DNA from: Malacoraja senta
Taxonomy: Eukaryota
Assembly: GCA_038087875.1 (NCBI GenBank)
Contig: CM075989.1
Span: 9,674,001-9,738,000 of the forward strand
Direction of reading: 5' to 3'
Length of the DNA: 64,000 nt
The notes under the pieces are model-generated. The model was not told where the DNA came from, ran no database searches, and saw only the letters and a program-made list of their open reading frames with translations. The position numbers were made by a program, and so were the translations under genes. Of this stretch, positions 1 to 14,269 are shown in pieces. Every line of letters begins with the position of its first letter. Positions within the stretch are counted from its first letter, which is position 1.

Positions 1-212
1 TACGCATTTCAATGAACTGTTCTATTTTTAAATAGTAATTACAATATCAGCAATTTTTTCTGTCATTAAACAATGAACAATCATACACTGATGAAGGAAA
101 GTCACTCAGAGATTAAATGTGAATAAATCTCTCCCCGAGCTGGGTGCCTCTGTTGTGGATCTCTTTGACTTGTGGCCAGGTGATTTGAATAAAGATGTCC
201 CCCTGAGCGTAC

Positions 213-286
213 CTGGGTGCTCACTCCAAAATCGCACAGCTTGACCTGTCCTCGTGTGTTCACCAGCATATTAGAGGGTTTGACAT
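213..286 (-). CDS. MAP2K5: MAP2K5 coding exon (74 nt, ~exon 14), catalytic loop and DFG
   Basis: ttgcag|AT GTC AAA...ACC CAG|gtacgc = (D)[24 protein letters not shown]. Confidence 0.97.
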
Positions 287-3200
287 CTGCAAAGGGACAA
301 AAATAGGAGGCAGAAACAATCCCTTATAAAAGCACCTCAGAATTTAATGATTCTGTAATTACAGCTATGACTCAGTAATGCAGAGGATGAAAGCAACACA
401 AAGGCTATATAGATTGAAGCGACAAGCTTTGCACCTGCTGCACACATGTACAATGCCCCTGAATAACAAGTATCAGAAAAGGTTTTTCAAATCAGCAAAT
501 ATTTTCATTACAACATTTAGTCACAAGATAAAACTGTATCATTTAATTAAAATCATAAGATAGTTGATGTCACAAAAAAGATCTATCCTGCATCATTTAA
601 AAAAACGTACATTATCTTATTGTTAATGATTTATCAAAGAGCTCTGCTGGAGGTCCTTACCTCTATTTTGGCAGCATCTCTCTCCTGCAAGGCATCGGTT
701 CAACCACAGTATAATGCAGGAGGGAGCTGTCAATTCTGAGCTAGGAACTTTCAACAGAGCTCTAGAAGCAAAAGTAACCAATAAGCCTTAAAAACATTTC
801 AGCTTCATTAATATCAATTGTGAACTTTGCTCTGAAGTTTCTTTGAAGAGTTGCAGCTAATATCATCAGCAGGAAGTGGTTTGAACTCTTGTTACTAAAT
901 TCAATACTATGAGGCAACTGGAATAAACAGACAAAGTCATTAATCCCAGGTGCTTCAATTTCAACTCTGCATGTTAATTTATCTCTTTCATATAAGGGTG
1001 AAGGGTAACTTTAAGCTGATTCTTCTGATGTAGTAACCATTGCTAAGAGTTCAACAAAAATATCGAACAGAAACAAACAAAAGGATGCTCAAGCTAATGG
1101 CAACTCTTTGTAGCCTGTTATTTTTAGCAAGGATTCTGCAACAGGCAGTTAACGAGTGACAGGCGGGTTCCACTTTCACAGACATCCATCGGTGAATTTT
1201 GCCCTTAGGTTCGAAAATCCACAAAAATCACTTGACATGGTCATCATACTTCCACATTATTGTAACGAATAACACACAGACTGGTAGGAAAGAACAATTA
1301 TAAAAGATAGAGAGAGAGGAGAAGCTAGTTCTGTCGTATGATGTATGTATGTACATACTGTCGTATAGAGGTATGTACCTACATTGTACTTTTTAGTTTA
1401 ATAACATTATGGAAGCTCGCTTAAATTAGGTGTTTGTAACCCAGGGACGGCCTGCATAGTGAAACTCATGCTTTAGAATTATCTCTGCTAAACTTTAAAA
1501 TGCAAACAAGTTAATTTCACCACCTCATGGTTTACTGAGATATAATTTTTAATTACCAGTTCTCCTCCCCCCTTTCCCATAATATTCCAGTAAATAGATG
1601 TCCTGGGCAATGCAGTATTTTGATATGCCAAAGTGTGACTGATCTTACAATGAGAGCGCATGTCCACCAACTCATCTTTTGGTTGGGTGAAAAAGAATAA
1701 AGCAGGAGTGGGATGTATAACGTGTATGTAAGTCTAGGGAGCAAGATAAGATTCTGGTTACCATAAATGTCAAGAGCAGTCCTCAGACCACACTAAAACT
1801 GTTCAGGGATGTACACCTAGCAATTATGCAAGATGATTTCATTCATCGGCTATTTTATCCAGATTTTCACCCACTGGTTTTTCTGGAGTTACTGACACAG
1901 AGAATTATGGCAGAGAATTAATTATATGATGGGATCTGGTGGGTCTTTTAACTGATGTAATCTCACCATGCAAAAGCATTGGTAATTTACTAAAAGGCAT
2001 GAACTTCCTGGAGCCAACAGCATTGGGTGATTTTCCAAAGCCTTTGTCAAAATTATCTCATCACCAATAAGATGTACCGGTTTTGTTTGGGCTTAGGTCA
2101 GCATTTCTTGACGTTAGTGAGGCTAAGACCTAATATGGATATAATGCCTAATCGCCACAGCTGAGGTGCAGTTGCTCTGTTGATGTAACAGGGTATTTGA
2201 GAAACAGCGCCATCACTGTCCATTTTTAGAATAAAAGTTGTAATCGTCTATTTGTTTATCCCTGTCTTTGCAGAGAATCTGCTAGAACTGATGAACCTAT
2301 CAAGATTATTTTATAGGATGCTATATTTCCTGCTAAATAGTTTGATAATTAATTTGATATTTTAACTGCATTAAATTATAGGAACACAGTAGCTTACTCA
2401 GCAAAAATCTGAAATCCAAGTTACTCAAATGCATGAGAAACCAAGGGCAAAGGGAAATTCAATTAGAACAAAATCACTGAAAATACGACTTCTGAAACAA
2501 GAGTTTGAGGTGCCTTCCACCGAGAGCTGTAAGCACCCGTGGAGTAATATATCCTCTATACGTCAGACAGCAGAAAGACCTGAAAAGTGAATTTAACAGA
2601 AGCAACAGTACTGCCCTTTGACTTTAAAGTATTTGAAACTCAGAAAACAATGAAATATCTCATCATCCCTGGCAAATGAATACGAGAATGCATAGCCTCA
2701 CATGAAATGGGATTACATTTTAATTTGATGCTAACCATATTCAGTTTTAAGTTAAAAGAGTGGAAGTAAATCAAGTATAGCACTTTGCGTCCTTTTGTGT
2801 AATAACCAGCATTTACAGTTCCTTGTTTTTACAAATATTAATACATAGTAAAAGGAAATAAAGTATCTTACACACAAGTATTTTTTATAGAGATTCAGCA
2901 CCCAAGTATGAATCAGCTGTGGTTTTGAAAGCTTGTAAATATAGCTGGCGCCAGTTGATGGAGAAATGGCTAATGTGGCGGATTAGATCAATACTGATGG
3001 GCTTGGATTAATGGGAATGATCTGATAAATGAGGCAAGTTTATTTCCACCAAAGTGTCTCAATTAATAGGCTTCAAATCAAAATGATGTTTTGAAATAAA
3101 GCCTGTATATACAGTTATAGAGTCATACAACAGGAAGTGGCCCATCAGCCACCTTATTGCCCTCTGCACTAGTCCCATTTATCCATATTAGGTAAAGCAG

Positions 3201-3479
3201 AGACAATATTACTGGAACTGACATTTCTCTGAACAGCCAAAAGGAGTTTGAAATGGGTAAATATTCCTGGTTATTCCTGACTGATGGGTGACAGATAATT
3301 GTAGGATCAGGATCATTTGTGATATCTGTTAGTTAGTCCGCTGCCATTCACTATCAAGGTTTGCATTTTAAATATTTTATTGGCTTATTCAACGCTTCAT
3401 GAACTGAGCGAGTCATTGGCCTCGAAGGATGAGTGTATAGCAACAAATAATCAGGCCTTTAGCCAACTACATGTCCGAC

Positions 3480-3740
3480 TATGAAACAGTTTTATTCTCC
3501 TCATACTCCCATCAATTCCACTCAGATTCTGCCACTCACCTACACACTAGGAGCAATTACAATGGCCAATCAACTTACCGAGCTTCAGTTCTTTTGGATG
3601 TGGAAAGACAACTGGCACAGCTAAGGAAACTTGTCTGGCCACAGGTAGACCATGCAAAGTCCACACAGTCAGCACCAGAAGTCAGGATTGAACCTGGCTC
3701 ACAGGAGCTGTGAGGCAGCAGCTCGAATAGTTACACCACC
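3480..3740 (-). mobile_element. Old tRNA-derived SINE (HE1/V-SINE-like)
   Basis: Minus-strand B-box-like CAGGTTCAATCCTG head; body resembles the other SINE copies in the window. Confidence 0.7.
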
Positions 3741-4028
3741 ACAAACATTTTTATTAAAACATTATCTTTTCATGCCACAGTCCAATTCCATTATTATAAC
3801 TGCTGAATACAAATGAGCTACTGCGACAAAAACTGATTTAGCTATGCATTTAGTTATTTACAATAGCTCCAAGCAAAGGTATTTAGGATTGTTGACATCA
3901 GTGAGTTGAAAACCCAGTTTTGTATTTATCCGCCATCTGAATTATTTTGAGCTACCAGATTAATTGATAATCAAAGGGAAATAAATAATATTTTTATTTT
4001 AAAAGGCTTAACAAAAAGTATAACCCAC

Positions 4029-4077
4029 CACGGTGCAAAATCTTTAGGCTCCATAGATAGGTAAGGCCTTTCACAAC
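4029..4077 (-). CDS. MAP2K5: MAP2K5 coding exon (49 nt, ~exon 13), start of HRD motif
   Basis: ttccag|GTT GTG...CAC CGT G|gtgggt = VVKGLTYLWSLKILHR(D). Confidence 0.97.
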
Positions 4078-5585
4078 CTGGAAAATGAAGAAAAGAAAAA
4101 ACATTACAATTTACCCAGCCACCCTTCGCAATCTAGAATTTAAGTAACACAAATTCTACAGTATCTGCAGAAAAAACTGTAAAGATTCAGTTAGATTCAG
4201 AAAAGTTGGATGAAGCTAATAATTCAGAAGTTCACATTATAACAATACATGCCAACACTTGCAGTAATTCTCAAAATATAGCATTTATACACCTGTTTGT
4301 TCAGGATTTATCCTTTCTACCTTGTATTATTACTGAAATTTTGGAAACTAAGATTTTTTTGTTTTTCTTCATAATTCTAGATCCAAAGTTATAACAAAAC
4401 TTCTCTCAATTCACAGAAGGTGAACTGAGAAGTGAGCAAATGAAATCTATCTCATCTGTAAAGCAGGATCTTCTTAATTCATTTTTCCTGATATTAAACT
4501 AGAAACATAAAATAACACATCAACTCTTGAAAGGCTGGCATTTGATATACTGAGTCTTTGACTTATTCAGACTACATCAGTAGCAGTTTTTTTGCATAGC
4601 ACCAAAAAAAAGTAAGCTGCTATGAATGCATAATGCTATTCATCTTTGCCAAAAATTGTTACATTGCTTTTCTAGACACATAAGGTTGATGGGTTTTGAG
4701 AAAAGCTGATGCCCACTCAGAGTTGATGAGGTCTGTTGCTGTGTCACTCTATTTACGTTCCAATGCCATTCAAGATAATCACACCCATGTCTGTGCTCTG
4801 AAACGCTGGGGATTTGTTTTAACAAAATAGTCTAAATGGCTGGGTGTATTTTGATTAAGCCAGACCCTACTGAATAAACAGCAACTGTATACAGCCAACA
4901 CAGCAAATGTTATGACACATTCTGGAAGGGTTAAGCAACGTCCAATTCATGTAGGTTAAAACAAGCTTGACCTGGCAAGACTCTAGTGACGCAGTACACA
5001 ATACTGCTTGGCCTTTAATGTTATACCTGAAGCTGAAGCATGCAGATTGTGCTTGTGTTTTTATACATTTTGTCTCAGGTGTTTAGAAACAGCATTTTCT
5101 CTAAATTGAATTTTCTAATATAAATTATAAGTAGTAACAACCATTTTTTACCTTTTTTACATTGAAGGGAACATGCCAAAAATAGCTGACCAAAATGTGC
5201 GCTCAGCTAACTTAAAACTTTAATTTCATAAAATTATTCAAATCTGTTTTCAATTCTTTCCCTGCTTTATGTCAGATATATTGTATCAATGTGAAAATCC
5301 TTCAAATTCAAGATTACTTGTATAAAGTTTGGTGTGCACGAACTCCTAAAAACGTACAATGAAAGAATAATCAGTGCTTGCATGCTCTTACCCCCAAGTA
5401 TATGTCCTTGGATTTTTTGTTTGCATTGTATGGAAGTCTAAGGAGCATTAGAAGATGAACAAGCTCAGAGAAGAAAGCAGGTAAGAAAGGCAGAGATGAG
5501 AAGCTTATAAGAGGGAGCACTTTGTATAGATTAAATGTAACTGAACATAAATTAAAATGTTATATGAAGGGGTCATGGCCTCAGA

Positions 5586-6672
5586 AAAGCATAGAATATA
5601 GAACAGTACAGTGCAGGAACAGGCCCTTCAGCCCACAATGTCTGTACTGAACAAGTTAAAATGATCTCATCTTCCTGCAGGTGATTCATATCTCTCCATT
5701 CCTCCATATCCTTGTGCCTATCTCGAAGCCTCTTAAACACACTATCGTATCTACCTCCAACACCACTCTCAGCAGCATGTTTCAGACACCCACCACTCTC
5801 GGTGTAAAAAATGTGCTCCTCTCATCTCCTTTAGTTTACTTTAGTTTAATTTATTGTCACGTGTACTGAGGTACAGTGAAAAGCTTTTGTTGCATGCTAA
5901 CCAGTCTGTGGAAAGACTACACGATTACAATTGAGCCATCCACAATGAACAGATACATGATAAAGGGAATAACATTTTGTGCAAGATAAAGTCCAGTAAA
6001 GTCTGATTAAAGATAGTCCGAGGGTCTCCAATAAGATAGTAGCTCAGGACTGCTCTTTAGTTGTTGATAGGATGATTCAGTTGCCTGATAACAGCTGGGA
6101 AGAAACAGGCCCTGAATCTGGAGGTGTATGGTTTCTGTACCTCTTGCGTGATGGTGAGGGGAGAAGAGGGAGTGACCGGGGTGAGACTTGTTCTTGATTA
6201 TTCTGGTGGCCTTGCCGAAGCAGCATGAAGTGTAAATGGAGTGAATGGAAGGGAGGTTGGTTTGTGTGATGGTCTGGGCTGTATCCACGATTTTCTGTGA
6301 TTTCTTGCAGTCTTGGATGCAGCTGTTCCCAAACCATCTGTGATGCTTCCTGATAAAATGCTTTCTATGATGCATCAGTAGAAGTTGGTGAGAGTTTTTG
6401 GGGACATGCCGAACATTCTAAGTTTTCTAAGGAAGCAAGCCTTTAATATTTATCCCTCTGATCTTAAAGCTTTGCCCTCTTGTCTAACATTTCCACCCTA
6501 GGAAAAAGGTTCTGACTGTCTACCCTATCAATACCTCCCACAAATCTATATACTTCTATCAGGTTTCCCCTCATTCTCTTACACTTAAGAGAAAGTAATC
6601 CAAGTTTGTCCAACCTCTCCTTATAGCTAATAGCCTCTATTCCAGGCAACTTTCTGGAAAACCTCTTCAGCA
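5586..6672 (-). mobile_element. CR1 LINE 3' fragment, split by a Rex1-like insertion
   Basis: ORF 6464-6673 SYKERLDKLGLLSL..RMRGNLIEVY is the CR1 ORF2 C-terminus; 3'UTR at 5586-5833. Confidence 0.8.
5834..6439 (-). mobile_element. Rex1/Babar-like LINE 3' fragment
   Basis: WFGNSCIQDCKKSQKIVDTAQTITQTNLPSIHSIY...HPGHSLF resembles the Rex1 RT C-terminus; AATAAA plus CTAAA-type tail; candidate TSD CCTTTA (5828-5833, 6440-6445). Confidence 0.7.
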
Positions 6673-6958
6673 CAGAAAGGACGTATATACCTGATGAAAA
6701 GTTCTTGAGAGATAACTATTTAATTTGAGTGAGATAACACACATGGAGTCAAACCAAATGTGGCATGGAGATCTGCCATGATCTAAGTGAACAGCAGAAT
6801 AGACTCAAGGGACAGGCATAGCCCACCCCTAGGGTTGGAGAACAAGGGAATGCACACGTCATCCATTTGCCTTTTTTAAGTCACACGTTATTGTCAAACA
6901 TTATCTATTTTAATTTTTTTTTTTTTTTTCTGAATTGCAAAATGTACAAATTGCAAAA

Positions 6959-7555
6959 CTGTCCCACTTAGGCGACTTTTTAGGCGACTGCAGGAGACTA
7001 TGCAGTCGCCACATGGTCACTACTCTCCATGGCGGCTTCATTCTGGTCGCCACTAATTTTTCAACATGTTGAAAAATTTGCGGCGATCATAATGAGGCCG
7101 TGACTAGTTCCCAGAATGTGGGAACTCCTCACGACCATGAAGGCAACTCCCCGGCAACCACCCGCGAACATGTGACGACCGTGGCGACTGCATAGTCTCC
7201 TGCAGTCACCTAAAAAGTCGCCTAAGTCGGAATGTTGAAAAATTAGCGGCGACCAGAATGAAGCCGCCATGGAGAGTAGCGAGAATTCTCATGCCGTAGG
7301 TGGGTTGCCAGGAGGTTGAAGGTTCTCGTAGGTTCTCGTAGGTTGTAGCCGGTGCTGACCGTTGAATTTCACTGGCTCATTGGGAAAAAAAAATGTAAGC
7401 AATAGTTTTCAGAACCAAGGATAACCGACCGGTAATGTTAAATGTCCGCCGAGCTTCACAGCTGTGTATCTCTGGCTGCACTCTGACAGTCGCCGTTCCA
7501 GCTGACGGTTTTTCAGGTTTTTCGCCAGAAAAATCGCCTAAGTGGGACAGGCCCA
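6959..7555. mobile_element. PIF/Harbinger-like non-autonomous DNA transposon with internal rearrangement
   Basis: TIRs CTGTCCCACTTAGGCGA / TCGCCTAAGTGGGACAGGCCCA followed by TTA; left TIR tip missing. Confidence 0.75.
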
Positions 7556-8034
7556 TTAATGTTCTGTGCAACTTGGGTTGCGGTAATGAAAGATTTAAAA
7601 AAAAACAAAGCTCTACAGTGTCACTACTGGTGGAGTATGTAATTGCAAGGGCAATTTTCATTAAAACCTGAACACATAATGTGCTGTGGGTAAAATGTTC
7701 ACTTAGTGGCTATAGTGTAGGCAAACACATCATCTTCACTTTCTCAATAGCTCAACTAGATTTCAAAAATAAAATTTGCAACCAATTTCTAAATGCAGCA
7801 GAGCTAAGGAGGTCAATGTATTTCAATACTTATTCTAAATATTGAATGCAAAGCTTTAAAAAAAATAACAAATATCAATTTTCCACAGTTACCTTTGATC
7901 CTTAACAAAGTTGCTTAAAATAGTGGTGGATATTTTTATGTATTTCAAAAAGAGCAATGTAAACTATTAATGAGCAATATCAATAGTGGACTGTTACAAA
8001 CGGCGTTCATTGATACATACAATATAACTTGATT

Positions 8035-8185
8035 CATGTTGGACATTTGGACAGGTACATGGATAGGAAAAGTTTATAGGGATATGGGCCAAATGTGGGC
8101 AGGTTGGACAAGTGTAGATGGGCCATCTTGGTTGGCATGGGCAAGTTGGGCCGAAGGGCTTGTTTCCATGCTGTTATAACTGTTT
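8035..8185 (+). mobile_element. CR1-type 3' tail fragment
   Basis: catttggacaggtacatggatagg...gggccgaagggcttgtttccatgctg, shared with other CR1/SINE tails. Confidence 0.7.
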
Positions 8186-10941
8186 GCAGAGACAAGTGAC
8201 TGAAGAATAAGGCAAGAAAATATGACATTTGGACATATGGGAAATATGGACCTATGGGAAAAGGCCCTGTTTACATAATATCCTTTCCTTGAACAAAACT
8301 TCACCTGTTCTGTTTAAAAAATAAAATTCCATGATGCAATCTCGGGATAATTTAACATTATAAATCAGAATATACAATTATAATTTGTTTAGATCTATTA
8401 AGCAAAAGGAACCCACCAGAAGCTGTCTGATGTTCACACCATAATGGCCAAATACTAGTTTAGAAGGTGTTTCATAAACCACCATGCTTTGGAACACTTT
8501 TTTAAATTCTACTGAATGGTGTAAAATAAGAAAATATTTTAGAGCTGAACTAAATGGATAGTTTAGTTGTCTCTACCAGACAGTAGTACAAACGTATCAG
8601 AGTTAAAAAGTGTTATATTGGATGATATTATCATGGTCACTGGGGATTTTATGAACTTACTTTGTTTGCCTCGGTGGTCAGAGGAGAATTTCCCAAGTTC
8701 CTTGCTCTCCTGAACTGATATTATAAAAATTTGTTTCTCTACTTCTCTCGAGAGATTATATGCCTGCTGGTATTGGGAGTTAAAGGGATAATGATGTCTA
8801 ATTGCAAAATGACTGCATAAGACAGGCACGGTGGACCAGCTACTTTGCACTTGTCCGTCACATATTTACATTCAATTCCACATCACATTGGTGTTACGTT
8901 CTTGCATAAAGTAAATTTCTGCAGACCTTTGTGACGTGCTGTGAAAAATTGAACTGGAACTGCAGAACAGACTGTGCATACCATGATAAATGTAATTCTG
9001 CAATGCAAAGCAGATGGAAATTTACTGACATTTATTAATAAATTCCCCAAACAGAACACTGGAAATAGAATGCAACGGGAAAAGATTGGAACATTTCTTG
9101 GTATGTTCTAAAATAGCTGGCTTGCTATTGTCTGTGGTGGCTATGTCTACCTATATCTAGCTATGTCTGAGGTAGCTGTCTAAAATAAACAAAATAGGCA
9201 ACTAAATGGAAATCGTACAATTCAGATCAAAAATGAAAAAAACGTGGTGTATGTTGCATCTTTCATAACTCCCTATTCCCCAAAGCATTGTAATCAATGA
9301 AGCAGTTTGAAAAAGTAGGCACCGAAGTATTCACATGTTAAAAACCTTGCCAAACACACCTGTGGTTTAAAAGTAAAATTTTCTCTGGATTAAAGTACCT
9401 TGAATTTATAGGGTTAAAGGAGAATGAATTGTAATATTTAATCATGGGAAAGTTTATAAAAGCCAAGTGACTAAGACTTTATTATATTCCCCTAACACTG
9501 TAACTAAAATTAAGCGATAGTTATCTCCAATCCCTCCTTCTTTCTCAGTATTAAATACTTCCAATGCATTAGTGAAATAATGTATGATAGGTTTAATTGA
9601 TCAAATATTTTCAAAAACTAGTATATCCATCTTTGCAAACAATTCCTATGCCAAACGATTATGTAGAGACACACAAAAATGTGTACTCTTCACATGGAAC
9701 AACAAAAGATTTTTCAGCATGGAAACATTCCTTTGAGCCAAATAGTAAGTGTGGGTGTTAATATTCCACAAGTTAAGTTGACTCCTATCTATGTATTCTT
9801 TGCTTTACAGCACATTTTTCTATTTCACAATCTCTCATGCATTTGTCAGTTTTTCTTTTGTAAGTGCCAAACCCATTTACCTCAACCATTTCCTGTGGTA
9901 GGAAATTAGTTTACAACCCCTCTGACAAAACATATTTATCCTTATTTCCCTAATGGATTTATTAGTAATTACCAATGTATTTATCTCCCCGATAATATTC
10001 CTCAATGTATTTCTCTCCAGAATTTAGATTCTCCCAGAACTGAAAATATTCTCTAAATTTCCCCATTCAAAATTTTATAAGACAAGCTTTTTTTCCCCTT
10101 TTTCTATCCCAAATGTATTAATAACCTTTCGGAGTCTCTTATTGTACCAATTTTGCAATCTTTCTTTTGTTAAAAAAATGAGGTAGAATGGTTATTTTAT
10201 ACTTCAGGCAGTTTATGTTGCTCATCCTATTCCTTCCCCTCATTTCCCTTTGTTATGTATGTCTCTATAGAACAGTTTATGTACAAAATTCTGTGATAAA
10301 TAAATGTTGCAATTCCTGTTTACCCATGCAATGATATTTTTAAAACGTATTTTCTAAGTTTCTTGTATCTATTATGTCTTTTCCCTCAGATTAAACATTT
10401 TCCAATGTTTAGTTCTTTGACATGTCACTGTAGATCTGATCTTACTGTATTGGGATCAATGATACAAAGATGCTCTCCTACTCTTCTTACAGGATAAGTG
10501 GTTCTTTGTAGACTTCCCATATCCTTGAGCAACAAATCATGGTCCAAGTATGCAAATTAGCAGAAAATTAGATATGTTTTTTAGCCCAAAAAAACGATGA
10601 AAGGTTTGAATAGGTAGCCAGAGAATTTAAGATAACTCTTCTTCTGGTGTCACAGATTTTTTAAATACATGAATATTTAAAATTTATAGATTTATGTGAG
10701 AAAATAAAATCCACCATTCTAACATTTTCTAATTACATAAAGAGGAATTGTATTGTTAAAACACTCCTATTACTATGATTAGTACAATAAAAAGTGATCA
10801 GTGAAAATGCTCCTGCTTGTTTAGGAAATATTGTATCTGCACTAAATGTTATTTACTAAATATGTAACTTGAACAAAAATTGTTTTGTTTGATTACTTCA
10901 AATTATCAGTTTTCGTTGTAATAATATTGAGGTTACTAAGT

Positions 10942-11360
10942 AAAATACAAAATGCAGGAGAAACTTGGCAGGACAGGCAGCATTTGTGGAGGGTTTCGAT
11001 AGGTAACGTTTCAGATCGGGATGGTTCAGACTGAAGAAGGTTCTTGACCTGAAACATTCCCTATTCATTCCCTGCCTGAGCTGCTGAGTTAAGGGCCTGT
11101 CCCACTTTCACGACCTAATTCACGACCTTTTTTAATCGTGGACATTTTTCATCAGGCTAGAAAAATGCCCCGACCTACTTGATGTCACGAGTACCTACGA
11201 CTACCATCACGGCCTGCTACGACCTATCTACAACCTCCTACGACCATGCTGCGTGTATGAGTCAAGGGCAAACTCGGCAGAGGTCGTGAAAGTGGGACAG
11301 GCCCTTTACAGAGTTTGTGTTTTGCTCAAGATTCTTGCATCTGCAGTTCCTTGTATTTCC
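10942..11360. mobile_element. Inverted pair of Penelope-terminus fragments, interrupted by a MITE
   Basis: Minus copy meets plus copy at ttcagactgaagaagg (~11030); similar to the 3' end of the element at 30974-31107. Confidence 0.7.
11092..11305. mobile_element. PIF/Harbinger-type MITE (214 bp)
   Basis: Perfect 25-bp TIR AGGGCCTGTCCCACTTTCACGACCT; TTA TSD at 11089-11091 and 11306-11308. Confidence 0.88.
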
Positions 11361-13075
11361 AATGGTGATTACTGCATTGAAATGATAATTCCAAGAATAG
11401 GGTGTCAAGGGAAGCACATAAAATTAAATAGAATAAATATACCATTCTGTCCCATTTTGAGCACAGTCTTCTAATGTCTTGAGCTCTTTAGGGCTTACAG
11501 CTCACATAGATGAACAGCGAGTCTATAAAACTGTCCAAAGATGTCAATAAAGAACAAATATGTCAAAACAAGAGTAGCACCTTAAAAAAACATTTATCCG
11601 AAAATATTTCATGTGTGTGCTGAGTTGGTAATTGTTAGTCACTAAGAGAGAACAAGTAAGATGCACTGATGCTAGAACTTTTGTTTGTCGACTCAATAAT
11701 CAATATGTGTATTTAAATACTTCCATTTTGGCTTTGCAAATATATGATCTCATAAAATTATACATTAAATTACTGCAGTAACAAGCAAATCATGACCAAT
11801 TTACTGACAAAAGCCAATTTTCAAAGGGAAGCTCCGTTGCCTTGGGCAGTTTCCAAAGATAATTACAGGACTTTGTGAAAATGAAGGTCTGTGAATTAGA
11901 ATGAACTGAGACTAATAGCTGTCGATGTTTGATCACTTGGATTTAAATTAATTGTCACTACAAGGGATAATGAATGTCAGAATAAGACTGCCAATGTGGA
12001 AAAAATGCAACCTATAATTAAGTGCTCTAAATTGCAGAGCTTTTCCCCGATCCTTAAAATGATCACATCTATTCTTATTACAAAAATAAAACAATAAAAT
12101 GCTAGATGAAAGAAAAAGCACCACCAGAATACCAAATCTTTTAGATTTTAGTTTTCAGCCAACTGGCTATTAGAAATTGATTTCACTTTCCAAATTATAA
12201 ATAAAAAGCACTCTCAAAATAATAGTTTTAAATATTTTACAAACTTGCTTTATTTCAAACACATTCATGAAAGTTGTACTCTAGTGATGCAAAAATAATC
12301 TGATAGAAGCATAGTAAATGATTTTGGAAAAGGCAGATAATTGTTTTGCTATTTTAAGTTCTCTTTCCCTGAGTAAGACTTTGGTAGTCTTGATTAGGGG
12401 TCATTGATAGAAATAATAGTTAGAGATGCTCATAAATATTAGTTTTCTAAAACAGTATCCCTTTTCAATGATCATCTGGGTGCTAATGCAACCAACCAGC
12501 AAACATTGGTGTGATCAGACAGACTGAAAAGCAAGATGAAGAGTAAGAAGAGACTGTGATAAGGCTTCAATAATGCGGGGAAACTAAAGCTGAATCCAGA
12601 ATTATTTCAAGTGGCTTTGTTTTCAAAAAAAAAATTATTTTAGGCCAAGACTAAAGATAGCATGAAGCCTATCAAGGCATTGTCTGCTTCAACCTGCAGT
12701 AAGAATAGCAAAGTAATTCCCCAATATAAATGCTGCAGAACTACAGTTAGTTTGCACTCCACTATGAGGGGTCTAATGACAGGATGCAGATGAGAAATCA
12801 CCAGCAAAGAGTAGCCACAAATATTGCATACTGGCACTTCGGAAGCAGAAGCCAGCTGTATACCTTGAAACTACCGTCACCCACTTGAAATGGTTTAGAT
12901 GTTGAACACCACTATTAAATCACATCTTAATTTTTTTTTTTACTCAAAGAAGCTTTTGTATAGGTGAATTTCCACATTCCAGGATCCAACTTGTACACCT
13001 CTTGTGCATTCTTCAAAGGCCTTGATACCCTTCTTAAGTGTGTCTTATGAGAAATGTATCATAATGTACGACTTA

Positions 13076-14269
13076 TCTATCTATATACTATTAAAAGTCT
13101 TGACTTGTTTGTCTGTCTGTCTGTGATCTCAGGATCTACGCCAAAACGGTACACAATAGTGCAACATTTTTTGCAGAATCTTACTCAGCTTTTTCCCGTG
13201 GTCGTTCGTATCAAGTTTCTTCACATTTGATGTTATATTTCACATTTCAATTATTGATATTTCAAGGTTTAAAAAAGCCAACTTTAACAAGATTTTTACT
13301 GTTAAAATCCATGCTGCACCAGCTTCCAACAGACTTTGATACAAAGCTGCAATAGAGGAACACTCTGTGCTTCCACCAAATTTTCACCTGAATGGGATAT
13401 CACAGTCCTCCACCTGACATTCGCAACAATGTTGCCATCATACAACACTTACTCCAGCTCCTGACAGGACAGGAGGGGGAGGGTGAATTGGTATTGCAAT
13501 TGGGGAAGTGCAATTGGAATTTTTGTTAAAGTCCAGTGCTAGGGGATGCAGGGGAGTGCTGGAATCTTACGTTCGGTAACGGGTTGAGTTGGGGGACCAC
13601 GCCTCCCGTGGGGGCTACGGGTTAGTGGTGCAATATTGTGTTGGGGAACGGGTTGCATTGGGGGACCAGGCCTCCCGTGTGACAGGGACCCCCAGTTGGT
13701 CTAGTATACTATTAAAAGTCTCGACTAGTTTGTCTGTCTGTGATCTCAAGGAGCTACGCCAAAACGGTACACAAGAGCGCAAAAGTTTTGCCGAATCTTA
13801 CTCAGCTTTTTCCCGTCGTCGGTCTAATCAAGTTTCCTTCAGATTTGATGTTATATTTCACAAGTTATTGATATTTCAATGTTTTAAAAAAAGCCAACTT
13901 TAACAAGATTTTTACTGTTAAAATCCTTGCTGCACCAGCTTCCAACAGACTTCGATACAAAGTTGCAATACAGGATAACTCTGTGCTTCCACCAAGTTTT
14001 CACCTGAATGGGATATCACAGTAATTTATCTGATTTTTGCAACAATGTTGTCATCATACAACACTTACTCCAGCTCCTGGCAGCAGGTGCTTCAACAGGA
14101 GGGGGGGGGGGGGGGTGAATTGCCATTACAATTGGCAGGCAGGGGAAGTGCAATTGGAATTTTTTTTAAGTCCAGTGCTGGGGGAGGCAGGGGAATGCTG
14201 GAATCTTACGTTGGGGAACGCGTTGTGTTGGTGGACCAGGCCTCCTATGTGACAGCCCCGTTGGTCTAG
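13076..14269 (+). mobile_element. Non-autonomous Helitron-like element (outer copy: 13076-13079 + 13705-14269)
   Basis: 13705-14269 is a diverged direct copy of 13084-13704 ending GGTCTAG|T; A at 13075. Confidence 0.72.
13080..13704 (+). mobile_element. Non-autonomous Helitron-like element (inner copy)
   Basis: Starts TCTATATACTATTAAAAGT, ends GGTCTAG, lies between A (13079) and T (13705), no TSD. Confidence 0.75.
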
